From: Candidatus Omnitrophota bacterium
Lineage (GTDB): Bacteria; Omnitrophota; Gorgyraeia; B26-G9
Assembly: GCA_043826565.1 (NCBI GenBank)
Contig: JBDRPX010000006.1
Location: 14,456 to 78,455 of the forward strand
Reading direction: 5' to 3'
Length of the DNA: 64,000 bases
Shown: in pieces, positions 17,848 through 27,812 of the stretch
Numbering within the stretch: position 1 is the stretch's first letter
Layout: every line of letters starts with the position of its first letter
The notes under the pieces: model-generated
The model's input: the letters and a program-made list of their open reading frames with translations, nothing else
Database searches by the model: none
What the model was told of the DNA's origin: nothing
Made by a program: the position numbers and the translations under genes

Positions 17848-20133
17848 TTATTCAATATTTTCCTGGGCGCTAACTACCTCATCCCAACTATCCACTAATA
17901 TTTCTCTGGCTTTTGACCCGCGGAATTCACCAACGATTCCTTCTTCTTCCATCATATCGATTAAACGGGCTGCCCGCGCATACCCTAATCTTAATCTTCT
18001 CTGAAGCATCGATACCGATGCCTGTTGGGTATTAATCACCAGTTTCGCGGCTTCTTCATACAAATCATCTTTTTTATCCTTGCTGCGGCTGAAAATCTTT
18101 TCCTGTTCTTTTAATACCTCATCCGTATAAACCGCGGACCGCTGTTCTTTACAAAAATTAACCACTTCTTCAATTTCTTTATCTGAAACAAGACTTGCCT
18201 GGGCACGTATAAGTTTGGAATTCCCGGGTTTTAAGAAAAGCATATCACCTTTTCCCAGCAGTTTATCTGCACCGTTCATATCCAATACTGTCCGGGAATC
18301 AATCTTACTGGCGACTCTAAAGGAAATCCTCGCTGGGAAATTAGCTTTAATAATACCGGTAATTACATCCACCGAAGGACGTTGGGTAGCCAGGATCAGA
18401 TGAATCCCGATTGCCCGCGAAAGCTGTGCCAACCGGGTAATTGAACCTTCCACTTCTTTTGCCGCAAGAAGCATCATATCCGCCAGCTCATCAATGATAA
18501 TAACAATATAAGGCATTGGCTCAAGCAATATTATTTTATCGCCGTCCTGAAATTCTTTCAAGCCTTCCTTGACTTTTTTATTGAATCCGAGAATATTTCT
18601 TGCCCCGACTTTAGCCAGAAGCTTATAACGTTCTTCCATTTCCGTAACCGCCCAGTCCAGAGCTCCGGCGGCCTTTTTAACATCAGTAACAACCGGGCAG
18701 ATTAAATGAGGCAATCCGTTATAAGTACTCATTTCCACCATTTTCGGATCAACTAAAATTAACTTTACTTCTTCCGGGCTGGCTTGAAAAAGCAGGCTCA
18801 TGATCAATGTATTCACACAAACTGTCTTCCCCGCTCCGGTTGTTCCGGCGATTAAAAGATGCGGCATGTCCGCAAGGTCTGTGATCAAGGTAGTTCCGGA
18901 AATATCTTTACCCAAAGCAAGTGTAAGCTTTGAATCTGATGTCTGAAATTCCTGAGTTTCCAGAAGCTCTTTAAGAAAAACCATTGTTGCTTTTATGTTC
19001 GGAACATCTATACCAACCGTACCTTTCCCGGGAATTGGCGCAACGATATGCACACTGGGCGCTTTTAAACTAAGCGCAATATCATCACTCAGATTAGTAA
19101 TCTGAGTAATTTTTACCCCGGGAGCAGGCTGAAGTTCATATCTGGTAATCACCGGCCCCTGTTCAACTTCTACAACTTTAATTTCTATACCAAAATCCCG
19201 TAAAGTCTCCTCCAAAATCTTAGAATTTCCTTCTAAGTCATCCTTTATCATTCTTTCTTCAGGAGGAGGCGGGTTAACTAATAATTCCAAGGACGGTAAA
19301 TTATAATCACCAATCACCTGCGGCCGTATCGGCTTAGCAGGGGGTTTCTTCGGCTTTTGAGCCTTAGCTTTTTTTATTAAAAACTTAGGCTTAAAACTTT
19401 TTTCTTCCTCGTATTCTTCTTCCACCTCATTTTCAGGCTCTTCCTCTGCTTTTATCGACTTTTCCGGTTCTTGTCTTCGGAATTTATTCTTACTTTTTAG
19501 AAGCGGAGTAGACCTTTTATTTTTTATATTAAGTTTACTTCGCGTATGAGACTGATCAATATTTTCTTTAAAAGATTGGATACGCTCACCAATCATTTTT
19601 ACCAAATTGATCAAGAGTCGAGAAATCTGCATTAGCATAGGAAGAATAAGAAACTCAGTAGCGAGAAGCAAAGATAGGAAGAAAATTGTACCCAGGATGA
19701 CCATCGTCCCGACTTCCCCAAAATATCGGATAAGGAATAAGGATAGATATAAGCCGATAATACCACCGGCTTTTACCTGGCTTACTTTTGCCGGAGCACT
19801 CATGGTACTCATCATTGCCGAAAAAGAACAAAGTACAAGCAAAAAACCGATCAGTCTTAAATGTAAATTGGCCGTAATTCGCCCCATAATCTTGCCAATA
19901 GCCCAAATACAAAAAATTAAGGGAATAAAGTAAGCTCCCCAGCCGGAAACAAGCAATAGTCCCCAGACTAAATACGCGCCAACATTTCCCCCTAAGTTTT
20001 TTATATGGATATTGGGATTGGAAGTATTGAAAGCAATGTCGCTTAAGTCATAAGAAAAAAAACTAACAATAAGAAAAGCGCACATTCCTAAAAGGACTAC
20101 CGACCATACTATCCTAATTTGATTATCACTCAT
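17848..20133 (-). CDS. ftsK: DNA translocase FtsK
   Basis: 761 aa. N-terminal TM domain, a Pro/Lys-rich linker, an FtsK/SpoIIIE motor (LLIAGTTGAGKT) and a C-terminal gamma/winged-helix domain. Confidence 0.9.
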   Translation of the reverse strand: MSDNQIRIVWSVVLLGMCAFLIVSFFSYDLSDIAFNTSNPNIHIKNLGGNVGAYLVWGLLLVSGWGAYFIPLIFCIWAIGKIMGRITANLHLRLIGFLLVLCSFSAMMSTMSAPAKVSQVKAGGIIGLYLSLFLIRYFGEVGTMVILGTIFFLSLLLATEFLILPMLMQISRLLINLVKMIGERIQSFKENIDQSHTRSKLNIKNKRSTPLLKSKNKFRRQEPEKSIKAEEEPENEVEEEYEEEKSFKPKFLIKKAKAQKPKKPPAKPIRPQVIGDYNLPSLELLVNPPPPEERMIKDDLEGNSKILEETLRDFGIEIKVVEVEQGPVITRYELQPAPGVKITQITNLSDDIALSLKAPSVHIVAPIPGKGTVGIDVPNIKATMVFLKELLETQEFQTSDSKLTLALGKDISGTTLITDLADMPHLLIAGTTGAGKTVCVNTLIMSLLFQASPEEVKLILVDPKMVEMSTYNGLPHLICPVVTDVKKAAGALDWAVTEMEERYKLLAKVGARNILGFNKKVKEGLKEFQDGDKIILLEPMPYIVIIIDELADMMLLAAKEVEGSITRLAQLSRAIGIHLILATQRPSVDVITGIIKANFPARISFRVASKIDSRTVLDMNGADKLLGKGDMLFLKPGNSKLIRAQASLVSDKEIEEVVNFCKEQRSAVYTDEVLKEQEKIFSRSKDKKDDLYEEAAKLVINTQQASVSMLQRRLRLGYARAARLIDMMEEEGIVGEFRGSKAREILVDSWDEVVSAQENIE

Positions 20134-20135
20134 TT

Positions 20136-20606
20136 TTAAACCCCGGTATGGCCGAACCCACCGGTATTTCTTTCCGTCACATCTAATTCATCTACTACAT
20201 CGAAATCCGCTTGGGTTATTTTATTAATTACCATCTGAGCAATACGCATACCTCTTTTTATCACGAATAGTTCCTTGCTAAAATTAATCAAGATCACATT
20301 AATAAGCCCCCGGTAATCAGCATCGACAGTTCCCGGAGAATTAACCACGCCGATCCCATGTTTTATCGACAGACCGCTGCGAGGCCTTACCTGAGCCTCG
20401 TACCCTTGCGGCAAACTAATATGAATACCGGAGGATATAAGTTTTCTATCCCCCGGCTCAAGTATCACATCGCCATCAACATCAGCATATAAATCCATTC
20501 CCGCAGAACCGTTGCTCATATACGCAGGAAGAGGCAAGTCCTCACAATTTTCTTTTCTCTTTAACTTGATTACGACCTTATCTAAAACAGAGCTTTTATT
20601 CTCCAT
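20136..20606 (-). CDS. dut: dUTP diphosphatase
   Basis: 156 aa with dUTPase motifs (AGMDLYA, RSGL, GVVNSPGTVDADYRG). Confidence 0.9.
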   Translation of the reverse strand: MENKSSVLDKVVIKLKRKENCEDLPLPAYMSNGSAGMDLYADVDGDVILEPGDRKLISSGIHISLPQGYEAQVRPRSGLSIKHGIGVVNSPGTVDADYRGLINVILINFSKELFVIKRGMRIAQMVINKITQADFDVVDELDVTERNTGGFGHTGV

Positions 20607-22710
20607 GTTTTTCCTCTGATCCTGACTCTTTTTTAGATTCTACCTGTTTTATGCTTAAATTAATTCTTCCCATATTGTCAATTTCGATTACCTTAACCGT
20701 AACCGCATCGCCAACCTTAACAACATCTTCTACATTTTTCACAAACGTATTTGATAATTCGGAAATATGAACAAGTCCTTCTTTACCCGGCAGTATTTCA
20801 CAAAACGCGCCAAAGTTCATCAGACGGGTGATCTTTCCATTATATACCTTTCCGACTTCAGCTTCCGCGATCAATCCATGAACAATCGCAATCGCTTTTT
20901 CCGCAGCTTTTCCATCGGTAGAAGCAATTGATACCCGGCCATCATCATCAATATCAATAGACACCCCGGTATCAGCAATAATTTTTTTGATAACTTTTCC
21001 TCCCGGTCCGATAATATCTTTTATCTTTTCCTGAGGAACCATGATTATTGTAATCCTGGGAGCATATTCTGATAATTCCGCACGAGGCTTATCAATCACT
21101 TCAACAATTTTATCTAGGATAAAAAGCCTGCCTATACGTGCCTGCTCTAAGGCCTGTTCCAGCAACTGGAAACTGATCCCATCGATTTTTAAATCCAACT
21201 GAATCGCGGTAACACCTTTACGGGTTCCCGTCACTTTAAAATCCATGTCACCAAAATGGTCTTCTACCCCGAGAATATCCGTCAAAACTACCGCTTTACC
21301 ACCTTCTTTAACCAATCCTAAAGCAACTCCGGCTACCGGAGCCTTTATTGGTACGCCGGCATCCATTAATGCTAATGTACCGGCACAAACAGTAGCCATG
21401 CTTGAAGACCCATTGGATTCCAATACTTCCGATACAAGACGAACAGTATACGGAAATTCTTCTTTTGTCGGCATAACCGCCACAAGCGCGCGTTCCGCTA
21501 AAGCACCATGTCCGATCTCTCTTCTGCTTGTTCCTCTCATCATCCTTGCTTCTCCGACACTAAACGGAGGAAAATTATAATGAAGCATAAATCCCTTAAA
21601 CGATTCTCCGGACATATCATCGATTCTCTGTTCATCAGAACTTGTACCCAGAGTAGTTACCGCCAGACTCTGAGTTTGACCGCGCGTAAAAACAGCTGCC
21701 CCATGAGTACGCGGCAAAACTCCAATCTCACAACTTATCGGACGGATTGTTGTGCAGTCACGCCCATCAATCCGAGTTTTAGTTTCGATGATCATTTTGC
21801 GGACTTGTTCTTTTTCAACTTTAGATAAAGCTGACTTAACATCCGCTTCTATATAAGGAGAGTCGGTTGTTATCAAATTTGAGATTAAATCCTTGGCAAT
21901 CACACTTAATTCTCTATCTCTTTTTTCTTTGTCACTGATCTTATAAACCTCAGTAAGTTTTGCCAAAGATAATTCTTTTACTTTTCCTACTAACTCTTCA
22001 GGTAATTGTTTTAACGCAACATCTGCTTTCTTTTTTCCGCATTTTTTAACGAATTCTTCCTGAAAGCTCACAATCTCCATCAGTTTTTCGTATCCGAATT
22101 TCATTGCCTCGAGCATCAGGCTTTCGGAAATTTCCTTACACCCTGATTCGATCATTACAACTCCGCTCTTTGTTCCGGCAATGATTATTTCCAAAGAACT
22201 TTGTCCAATTTCCTCATAAGTAGGATTTATAATGAATTCATCATTAATTCTGCCTATTTTTATAGCACCTAAAGGTCCGGCAAACGGAATATCGGAAATT
22301 GACAAAGCCGCTGAGGCTCCGATCATCGACAATACATCCGGGTCATTCTTGCCGTCACTTGATAAAACCATCGCAATAATCTGCACTTCATTATGCATTC
22401 CTTCAGGAAATAAAGGACGTATCGGACGGTCAATAAGTCTGCAAGTTAAGATTTCTCTTTCCGAAGGCCGGCCTTCCCGCTTAAAAAATCCGCCGGGGAT
22501 CTTACCTGCAGCATATGTTTTTTCTTTATATTCAACCGTTAACGGGAAAAAGTCAACGCCTTCCCGAAGCTCTTTAGACATTACAGCAGTTACTAAAACT
22601 ACAGTGCCCCCATATTGCACGGTAACCGCAGCATTAGCCTGCTTAGCCAATTTTCCGGTCTCAACAATAAGGAGTTCTCTCCCTAATTTCATTTCTGATT
22701 TTTCTACCAT
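20596..22710 (-). CDS. pnp: polyribonucleotide nucleotidyltransferase (PNPase)
   Basis: 704 aa with two RNase PH domains plus KH and S1 domains. Lies downstream of rpsO as in most bacteria. Confidence 0.95.
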   Translation of the reverse strand: MVEKSEMKLGRELLIVETGKLAKQANAAVTVQYGGTVVLVTAVMSKELREGVDFFPLTVEYKEKTYAAGKIPGGFFKREGRPSEREILTCRLIDRPIRPLFPEGMHNEVQIIAMVLSSDGKNDPDVLSMIGASAALSISDIPFAGPLGAIKIGRINDEFIINPTYEEIGQSSLEIIIAGTKSGVVMIESGCKEISESLMLEAMKFGYEKLMEIVSFQEEFVKKCGKKKADVALKQLPEELVGKVKELSLAKLTEVYKISDKEKRDRELSVIAKDLISNLITTDSPYIEADVKSALSKVEKEQVRKMIIETKTRIDGRDCTTIRPISCEIGVLPRTHGAAVFTRGQTQSLAVTTLGTSSDEQRIDDMSGESFKGFMLHYNFPPFSVGEARMMRGTSRREIGHGALAERALVAVMPTKEEFPYTVRLVSEVLESNGSSSMATVCAGTLALMDAGVPIKAPVAGVALGLVKEGGKAVVLTDILGVEDHFGDMDFKVTGTRKGVTAIQLDLKIDGISFQLLEQALEQARIGRLFILDKIVEVIDKPRAELSEYAPRITIIMVPQEKIKDIIGPGGKVIKKIIADTGVSIDIDDDGRVSIASTDGKAAEKAIAIVHGLIAEAEVGKVYNGKITRLMNFGAFCEILPGKEGLVHISELSNTFVKNVEDVVKVGDAVTVKVIEIDNMGRINLSIKQVESKKESGSEEKHGE

Positions 22711-22783
22711 TTTTTTTCTTCTCTTCTCTTCTCTTTCTCTCTTCTATTTTTTCATTCTATTCTACTTCTACCTGTTACTCCCG
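22711..22783 (-). promoter_or_regulatory. polypurine (GA-rich) rpsO-pnp intergenic leader
   Basis: 73 nt that is almost pure pyrimidine on the plus strand (ttttttttcttctcttctcttctctttctctcttct…), so almost pure purine on the mRNA. Sits immediately 5' of the pnp start. Confidence 0.5.
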
Positions 22784-23050
22784 TTACTTTCTTAACTTAA
22801 GTTTTTCTAAGATGTCTTTATACTGTTTAAAATCCTCACGCTTGAGGTAATTCAACAGCCTTCTTCTTTTAGAAACCAGCTGTAAAAGCCCCACTCTAGA
22901 ACTGAAGTCTTTCTTATGCATTTTCAAATGTTCGGTCAGCCCGTTAATTCTATCAGTAAGTAAAGCGATCTGCACATTAGAAGAACCGGTATCTTTCGGA
23001 TGAACCTTAAAATCACCAATAATCTTATCTTTTTGTGTTTTCGTTGCCAC
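22784..23050 (-). CDS. rpsO: 30S ribosomal protein S15
   Basis: 88 aa. …[34 protein letters not shown] is canonical S15. Confidence 0.95.
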   Translation of the reverse strand: MATKTQKDKIIGDFKVHPKDTGSSNVQIALLTDRINGLTEHLKMHKKDFSSRVGLLQLVSKRRRLLNYLKREDFKQYKDILEKLKLRK

Positions 23051-23141
23051 TGTCTCTCACCTCCTTTCAAGTTTAAATTATTCTATCACAAATATTTCTA
23101 AAAGTAAACACAGTAATCTCCCTATTCGAATACATTAAAAA

Positions 23142-23636
23142 TCAGTCTTTTAAAACAGGGTTTTTCTTCCATTTCCTTTTTAACTGCAACCGCTTATACC
23201 ACGGCATATAGTCTATAATCAATGTGCCGTTAAGATGGTCTATTTCATGCAATAGCGCGCGTGCCAACAAGTCTTTTGCTTCTATTCGCACTCTCTCTCC
23301 GCATTCGTTTTGTGCTGCTATCTCAACACACTTAGCCCGTCGGACATCAACCTGGATTCCCGGCAGGCTTAAACAACTCTCTTCCATAAAACACTTATTC
23401 CGGCACCTGAGCACTTTGGGGTTAGCTAATTTTAAAGGCCCCAGCCCAATGTCTACTACGAGCATCTGCTTGTTAATCCCGATTTGCGGAGCCGCCAGGC
23501 CAACACCTTTTTCCCGATGCATAACCTCAAGCATTCGATTAAAAAGCTCTCTATCCTCATCCGTTACCTTAGTAAGCTTTTTCGATCTTTTGCGTAATAT
23601 TGGATCATCATTTATACAAAGTTTCAATTCTTCCAT
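23142..23636 (-). CDS. def: peptide deformylase
   Basis: 164 aa with motifs GVGLAAPQIG, EGCLSLPG (as ESCLSLPG) and HEIDHLNG. Confidence 0.9.
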   Translation of the reverse strand: MEELKLCINDDPILRKRSKKLTKVTDEDRELFNRMLEVMHREKGVGLAAPQIGINKQMLVVDIGLGPLKLANPKVLRCRNKCFMEESCLSLPGIQVDVRRAKCVEIAAQNECGERVRIEAKDLLARALLHEIDHLNGTLIIDYMPWYKRLQLKRKWKKNPVLKD

Positions 23637-23645
23637 AATTTAGAG

Positions 23646-24557
23646 CTAAAATTCCTCAATATATTTACCCGCCGAATAAGCCGCGATTGCGCCTTCACCA
23701 CAGGCAGTGATCACCTGCCGCAGAGGAACACGCCGGCAATCCCCGCAGACAAAAACTCCTTTTACCGAACTCTGCATTTTTTCATCAGTAATAATCTGCC
23801 CGCTTTCGTCAACTTCCAGCAGTCCTTCCAAGAATCCTGTTTCCGGCTTCATCCCGGCAAAAATAAATACACCGGAACAGGGAATTAACTTTTCCCGTCC
23901 GTCTTTAAACTTAAGCTTTGTTCCGGCAACAAACGTTTCACCTTGAATTTCATCACAAACTGCATCCAGAACTAATTCAATCTTTTCATTTTTATGTACC
24001 CTTTCCTGGACAATCTTATCCGCTCTGAAGGCATTACGACGGTGAACAATCGTAACACGAGAAGCAAATTTGGTCAAATATAAAGATTCTTCTAAAGCAG
24101 TATTGCCGCCCCCGATAACAACAATCTCTTTATCTTTAAAAAAAGGAGCATCACATACAGCGCAATAGGAAACTCCTTTGCCGGCAAACCTCTCTTCTCC
24201 GGGAATACCAAGTTTTTTGGGCGTAGCACCGGTCGCGATAATAACCGCTTTGGTAATTATATTTTCTCCTTCGGCATCCAGATTAAATAATAAATCCGAA
24301 TCCTGTTTAATGCTCTTAATTTCTTTTTGTGTAAATTTGAAATCATATTTTTTTAACTGGTTCTGAATTGCTCCGGCAAATTCAAGCCCGTTGATTCCTT
24401 CCGGGAACCCCGGATAGTTCTCCAGTTTCTCGATATACCCCAGACCGCCGCCAACCTGCATCTTTTCTACCAGTAAAACATTTAATCTTGATCTTAAAGC
24501 ATAAAGACACGCTGTAAGTCCGGCCGGCCCGGCACCGATAATAACCACGTCATACAT
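23646..24557 (-). CDS. trxB: thioredoxin-disulfide reductase
   Basis: 303 aa. FAD-binding GxGxxG at the N-terminus (IIGAGPAG) and the redox-active CAVC motif. Confidence 0.9.
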   Translation of the reverse strand: MYDVVIIGAGPAGLTACLYALRSRLNVLLVEKMQVGGGLGYIEKLENYPGFPEGINGLEFAGAIQNQLKKYDFKFTQKEIKSIKQDSDLLFNLDAEGENIITKAVIIATGATPKKLGIPGEERFAGKGVSYCAVCDAPFFKDKEIVVIGGGNTALEESLYLTKFASRVTIVHRRNAFRADKIVQERVHKNEKIELVLDAVCDEIQGETFVAGTKLKFKDGREKLIPCSGVFIFAGMKPETGFLEGLLEVDESGQIITDEKMQSSVKGVFVCGDCRRVPLRQVITACGEGAIAAYSAGKYIEEF

Positions 24558-24559
24558 AT

Positions 24560-27500
24560 TTATTTTTCTCCCCTTAAGCTGAATTTTAAACTAAACATAT
24601 TTAATCTCAACCAAATCTTTTTAAGTAACGGCTTATCCCTGAGGATTTCTTTCTTAAGATTATTATACGCATTTAGAGATTTTTCCACATCTTCCTTTAA
24701 TATCTCATGATCACTATAGCGGGCTTTAACAAAAAGTTCTGTCAGAGCCATAAAGTCCTCCATGGAGCATCCATGATGATCAGCTAAATGCAAAGCTATT
24801 TCATTAGGAGTTCTCCAGGTATCTAAATCCGCGCCAAGTTTTTTAAAAATAAAAAGTATATTTTGATACACACAAAGAACAAACCCGCAGGGATTAGAAC
24901 GCTGCCATAACTTCATGCGAATATCTTCTACTGGTTTTACCGGGCTCATCCATGCTTTTGTAAAATCATCATCCCTGAATTCCGATATTGTATTCCGGTA
25001 CATGTAAACGACCGTATCCCGGGAACCGCGCACAGCATAACGCAAACTAAAATCTTTTATTCTCTTAATCAATAGAAGTATTAAAATTATACCAAATAAA
25101 ATTGCCATAACACGTAAAAATATTAAAATATTTATCCCGCCTTTTTCTTTCAGTTTTTTAATTAATATGTTCTTTTCAGGCTCCGGGGTTGCCTTCTTAT
25201 CCGGTAGCATATTTTGCTGCTCTTTGGTTATTCCGGACAAATCATCTTTTACCTTCTCAGATTTATTTTTGTCTTGAGCTATTGCCTTTTTATCTTTTAA
25301 AGCATTGGCTTTTTCCTGATCCGATTTCCGGGAGGATTCTTCATCTTTATTATCTTCCCCCTTTTCTTCTTTCCTGTCCTGATCTGCGTTTTTTGCTTTT
25401 TCCCCGGCATTAAGGCTACCCGACTGACTTGCGGATTCTGCCCCTTTAGGTGATTCTTTTTTTTGTCCTCCGGAATCTTTATCTTGCGGCTGTTTTTTAC
25501 CAGCATCAGGCTCGGTTTTTTTATCACCAGTATCTTTCTTTTTGTCATCTCCGGAATCTTCTTTGGGATTAGCACTACTATCATCCTCTGCTACACCTTC
25601 TGAATCACCACCTCCTGAATCATTTTCGGAATCTTCACCTTTCTGACCACCACCCAGACCTTCTTCTCCACCCCCCTGAGAATTAGCCGGCCCGGACAAA
25701 CCATCACTAGCATCATCACCCGCTGAATCCCCGCCCGGTTTTTCTTTATTTCCAGCGCCTTGAGCATCTCCATCACCTTTTCCGGATAAGGTATCCCCGC
25801 CGGAAGCAGTTGTGTCTCCGCCTTGAGAGTCTCCTAATCCTTCAGGTTCTTTACCCATGTCCCCGGGAGCACCATCACCACCTGAGTCACCAGAACCGCT
25901 ATCTCCGCCCATAGGACTTTCTCCTTTACCTGCTTGCGGCTGGCCTTGCTCACCTCCGGAAGAATCTGTTCCGCTCTCACTACCCTGCCCGGAACTATCC
26001 ATTTCTCCACCGACATCTTTGTCCCCGTAAACTCCGGGCATTCCCGATTCCTCCCCCGAAAAATCTGAAGTATTGATACCAGTATTTTTTCCCGCGGAAT
26101 TACCCGGTTCTAAACCAGCATTTTCTCCTTCGTTACCGTTTATACTTTCACTTTTTCCATTATTTTCTTTTCCCTGGCCTTTTCCTTCTGCACCCTTACC
26201 TTCACCTTTGTTGCCCTTGCCTTGCCCTTCGTCACCTTCACCTTCACCTTCGCCTTTTTTCCCTTTACCGATTCCTTCTTCCCCTTCACTATCGCCTTCT
26301 TCATTATTTCGCTGGCCTTTTGTTTCTTCTCCTTTGCCATATTCGCCGTCTTCATGTGTAGCTTCCTTGCCACCGCCTTTTCCGGTATTATCTTTACCGT
26401 CTTTTCCCAGGCCCTGTTCTTGTTTTCCCTGCCCCTGGCCTTCGGTATCTTCTCCTGAGCCCTTACCAATGGCCTTAATTTTACCCCATAACCCGGAAAG
26501 CGCCATCGCCAGTTTCGTATCCTGTTTCCCTAATGCGCCGCTAGCAGCGACATCTTCTGATAAATCTCCAGGCTTAATTTCAATTTTATTCTGCGCAGCA
26601 ATTTGCTTTTCTGCACCGGCAGCTGATTGTTCTTTAAGCTCCTGCATGGCCGCTTCAATTTTTTTCAGTTCTTCTGTATCTTTTTTTAACTTGCTTAAGA
26701 CAGCCTGAGCTTTTTCTTTATATGACGCGTCTTCTTTAGCCAGATAATTCAAAAGATCATATGACTTTTTTGTTTTTGATATTGATTGCGTTAACTTCTT
26801 TTTTTGCTGCTGTAAATATTCCCGGGAGCCTTCGGCAAAACCAGCTTCGCCGGTCTGCCCCCCGCTATCCTGATTTTTATCCGCTTTACTTAATTTATTT
26901 TTTCCCTGCCCATATTCAGACTCTCTGACTTTCCCGGGTTTATGATCAAATTCTTTGTCATCTATTTCTGATGTTCCCCCGCTTTTAACTATCTTGGGCT
27001 GTTTCCAGCGGTTCCCATAATAAGACTCCGCTTCTCCCCTTTTATCTTTAGGCATAATTAATGATTTAAAATAATCCGGAATATCCTGCTTATCCACAAG
27101 CACTGCATTGCTTTTTATATTGTTTAATTTCACATCTGCTTCCGGCATTAACCGAAAATTAACCAGCGATGAGCCCTCTCTGCCAAGTTCCATTTTGAAA
27201 GAAAATTTAGGCACAAGGCAGGTAATTCCCAAAGCCAGTGCTCCGATTATCAACAAAAACATGACCGAAAATAAGAATCGCCTGCCTAGACGGATATTAT
27301 TAAATACAAATTTTTTATCGGACTTCTGCTGAGTAAAGCTGAATTGGGTTATCTGAAATAATAACAGCATCAGAAACAGCGTTCCAATCATAAATATTGC
27401 CTGCAAACGCCCGGGGAATGGTAACGGCAGGCACATTGAGAATATTACAATAAAAATACTTTCAAAGTGTACCGGAGTTAGCCGAAAATCACTCTCGACG

Positions 27501-27805
27501 CAAAAACAATTTACTCCGAGAATAAAAAGAAACAATTGCATAAGTGCCGGTAAAGACGGCTGCTGTAAAGGCATCCTGATCAGGACAAAGGCCACGAGCC
27601 CGATGAGAAAAATACCGGCAACAGTCCGGATTTTTTTCTTAAGGTCCTCCGGCGATGCTGCGCTGAACATTAAACCAACCGCGCACATCAACAAAAAAGC
27701 ACCGATATGCCAAAACTCCAATATCTGCGATACCGATAGAATCGCGGCAAAACATAAAATAAAGGTTAGGATATAATATAATACGCTTACGTTATTTTTT
27801 TTCAT
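24560..27805 (-). CDS. large membrane protein with a low-complexity acidic Gly-rich insert and a C-terminal DUF4129-like domain
   Basis: 1081 aa. N-terminal ~6 TM helices, a coiled-coil, a ~450-aa disordered G/E/D/K/S-rich region (GEGEGEGDEGQGKGNKGEGKG…), a TM helix, then a C-terminal ~170-aa domain resembling DUF4129. That domain is typically encoded next to DUF58 and MoxR. Confidence 0.6.
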   Translation of the reverse strand: MKKNNVSVLYYILTFILCFAAILSVSQILEFWHIGAFLLMCAVGLMFSAASPEDLKKKIRTVAGIFLIGLVAFVLIRMPLQQPSLPALMQLFLFILGVNCFCVESDFRLTPVHFESIFIVIFSMCLPLPFPGRLQAIFMIGTLFLMLLLFQITQFSFTQQKSDKKFVFNNIRLGRRFLFSVMFLLIIGALALGITCLVPKFSFKMELGREGSSLVNFRLMPEADVKLNNIKSNAVLVDKQDIPDYFKSLIMPKDKRGEAESYYGNRWKQPKIVKSGGTSEIDDKEFDHKPGKVRESEYGQGKNKLSKADKNQDSGGQTGEAGFAEGSREYLQQQKKKLTQSISKTKKSYDLLNYLAKEDASYKEKAQAVLSKLKKDTEELKKIEAAMQELKEQSAAGAEKQIAAQNKIEIKPGDLSEDVAASGALGKQDTKLAMALSGLWGKIKAIGKGSGEDTEGQGQGKQEQGLGKDGKDNTGKGGGKEATHEDGEYGKGEETKGQRNNEEGDSEGEEGIGKGKKGEGEGEGDEGQGKGNKGEGKGAEGKGQGKENNGKSESINGNEGENAGLEPGNSAGKNTGINTSDFSGEESGMPGVYGDKDVGGEMDSSGQGSESGTDSSGGEQGQPQAGKGESPMGGDSGSGDSGGDGAPGDMGKEPEGLGDSQGGDTTASGGDTLSGKGDGDAQGAGNKEKPGGDSAGDDASDGLSGPANSQGGGEEGLGGGQKGEDSENDSGGGDSEGVAEDDSSANPKEDSGDDKKKDTGDKKTEPDAGKKQPQDKDSGGQKKESPKGAESASQSGSLNAGEKAKNADQDRKEEKGEDNKDEESSRKSDQEKANALKDKKAIAQDKNKSEKVKDDLSGITKEQQNMLPDKKATPEPEKNILIKKLKEKGGINILIFLRVMAILFGIILILLLIKRIKDFSLRYAVRGSRDTVVYMYRNTISEFRDDDFTKAWMSPVKPVEDIRMKLWQRSNPCGFVLCVYQNILFIFKKLGADLDTWRTPNEIALHLADHHGCSMEDFMALTELFVKARYSDHEILKEDVEKSLNAYNNLKKEILRDKPLLKKIWLRLNMFSLKFSLRGEK

Positions 27806-27812
27806 ATAAATT

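Noticed and set aside
26073-26708. 211-aa plus-strand ORF (Pro/Ser/Leu-rich) antisense to the large DUF4129 gene
   Set aside because: It lies entirely within the low-complexity GGT/GAA-repeat region of a well-supported minus-strand gene. The open frame is a by-product of repetitive codon composition, and there is no RBS.
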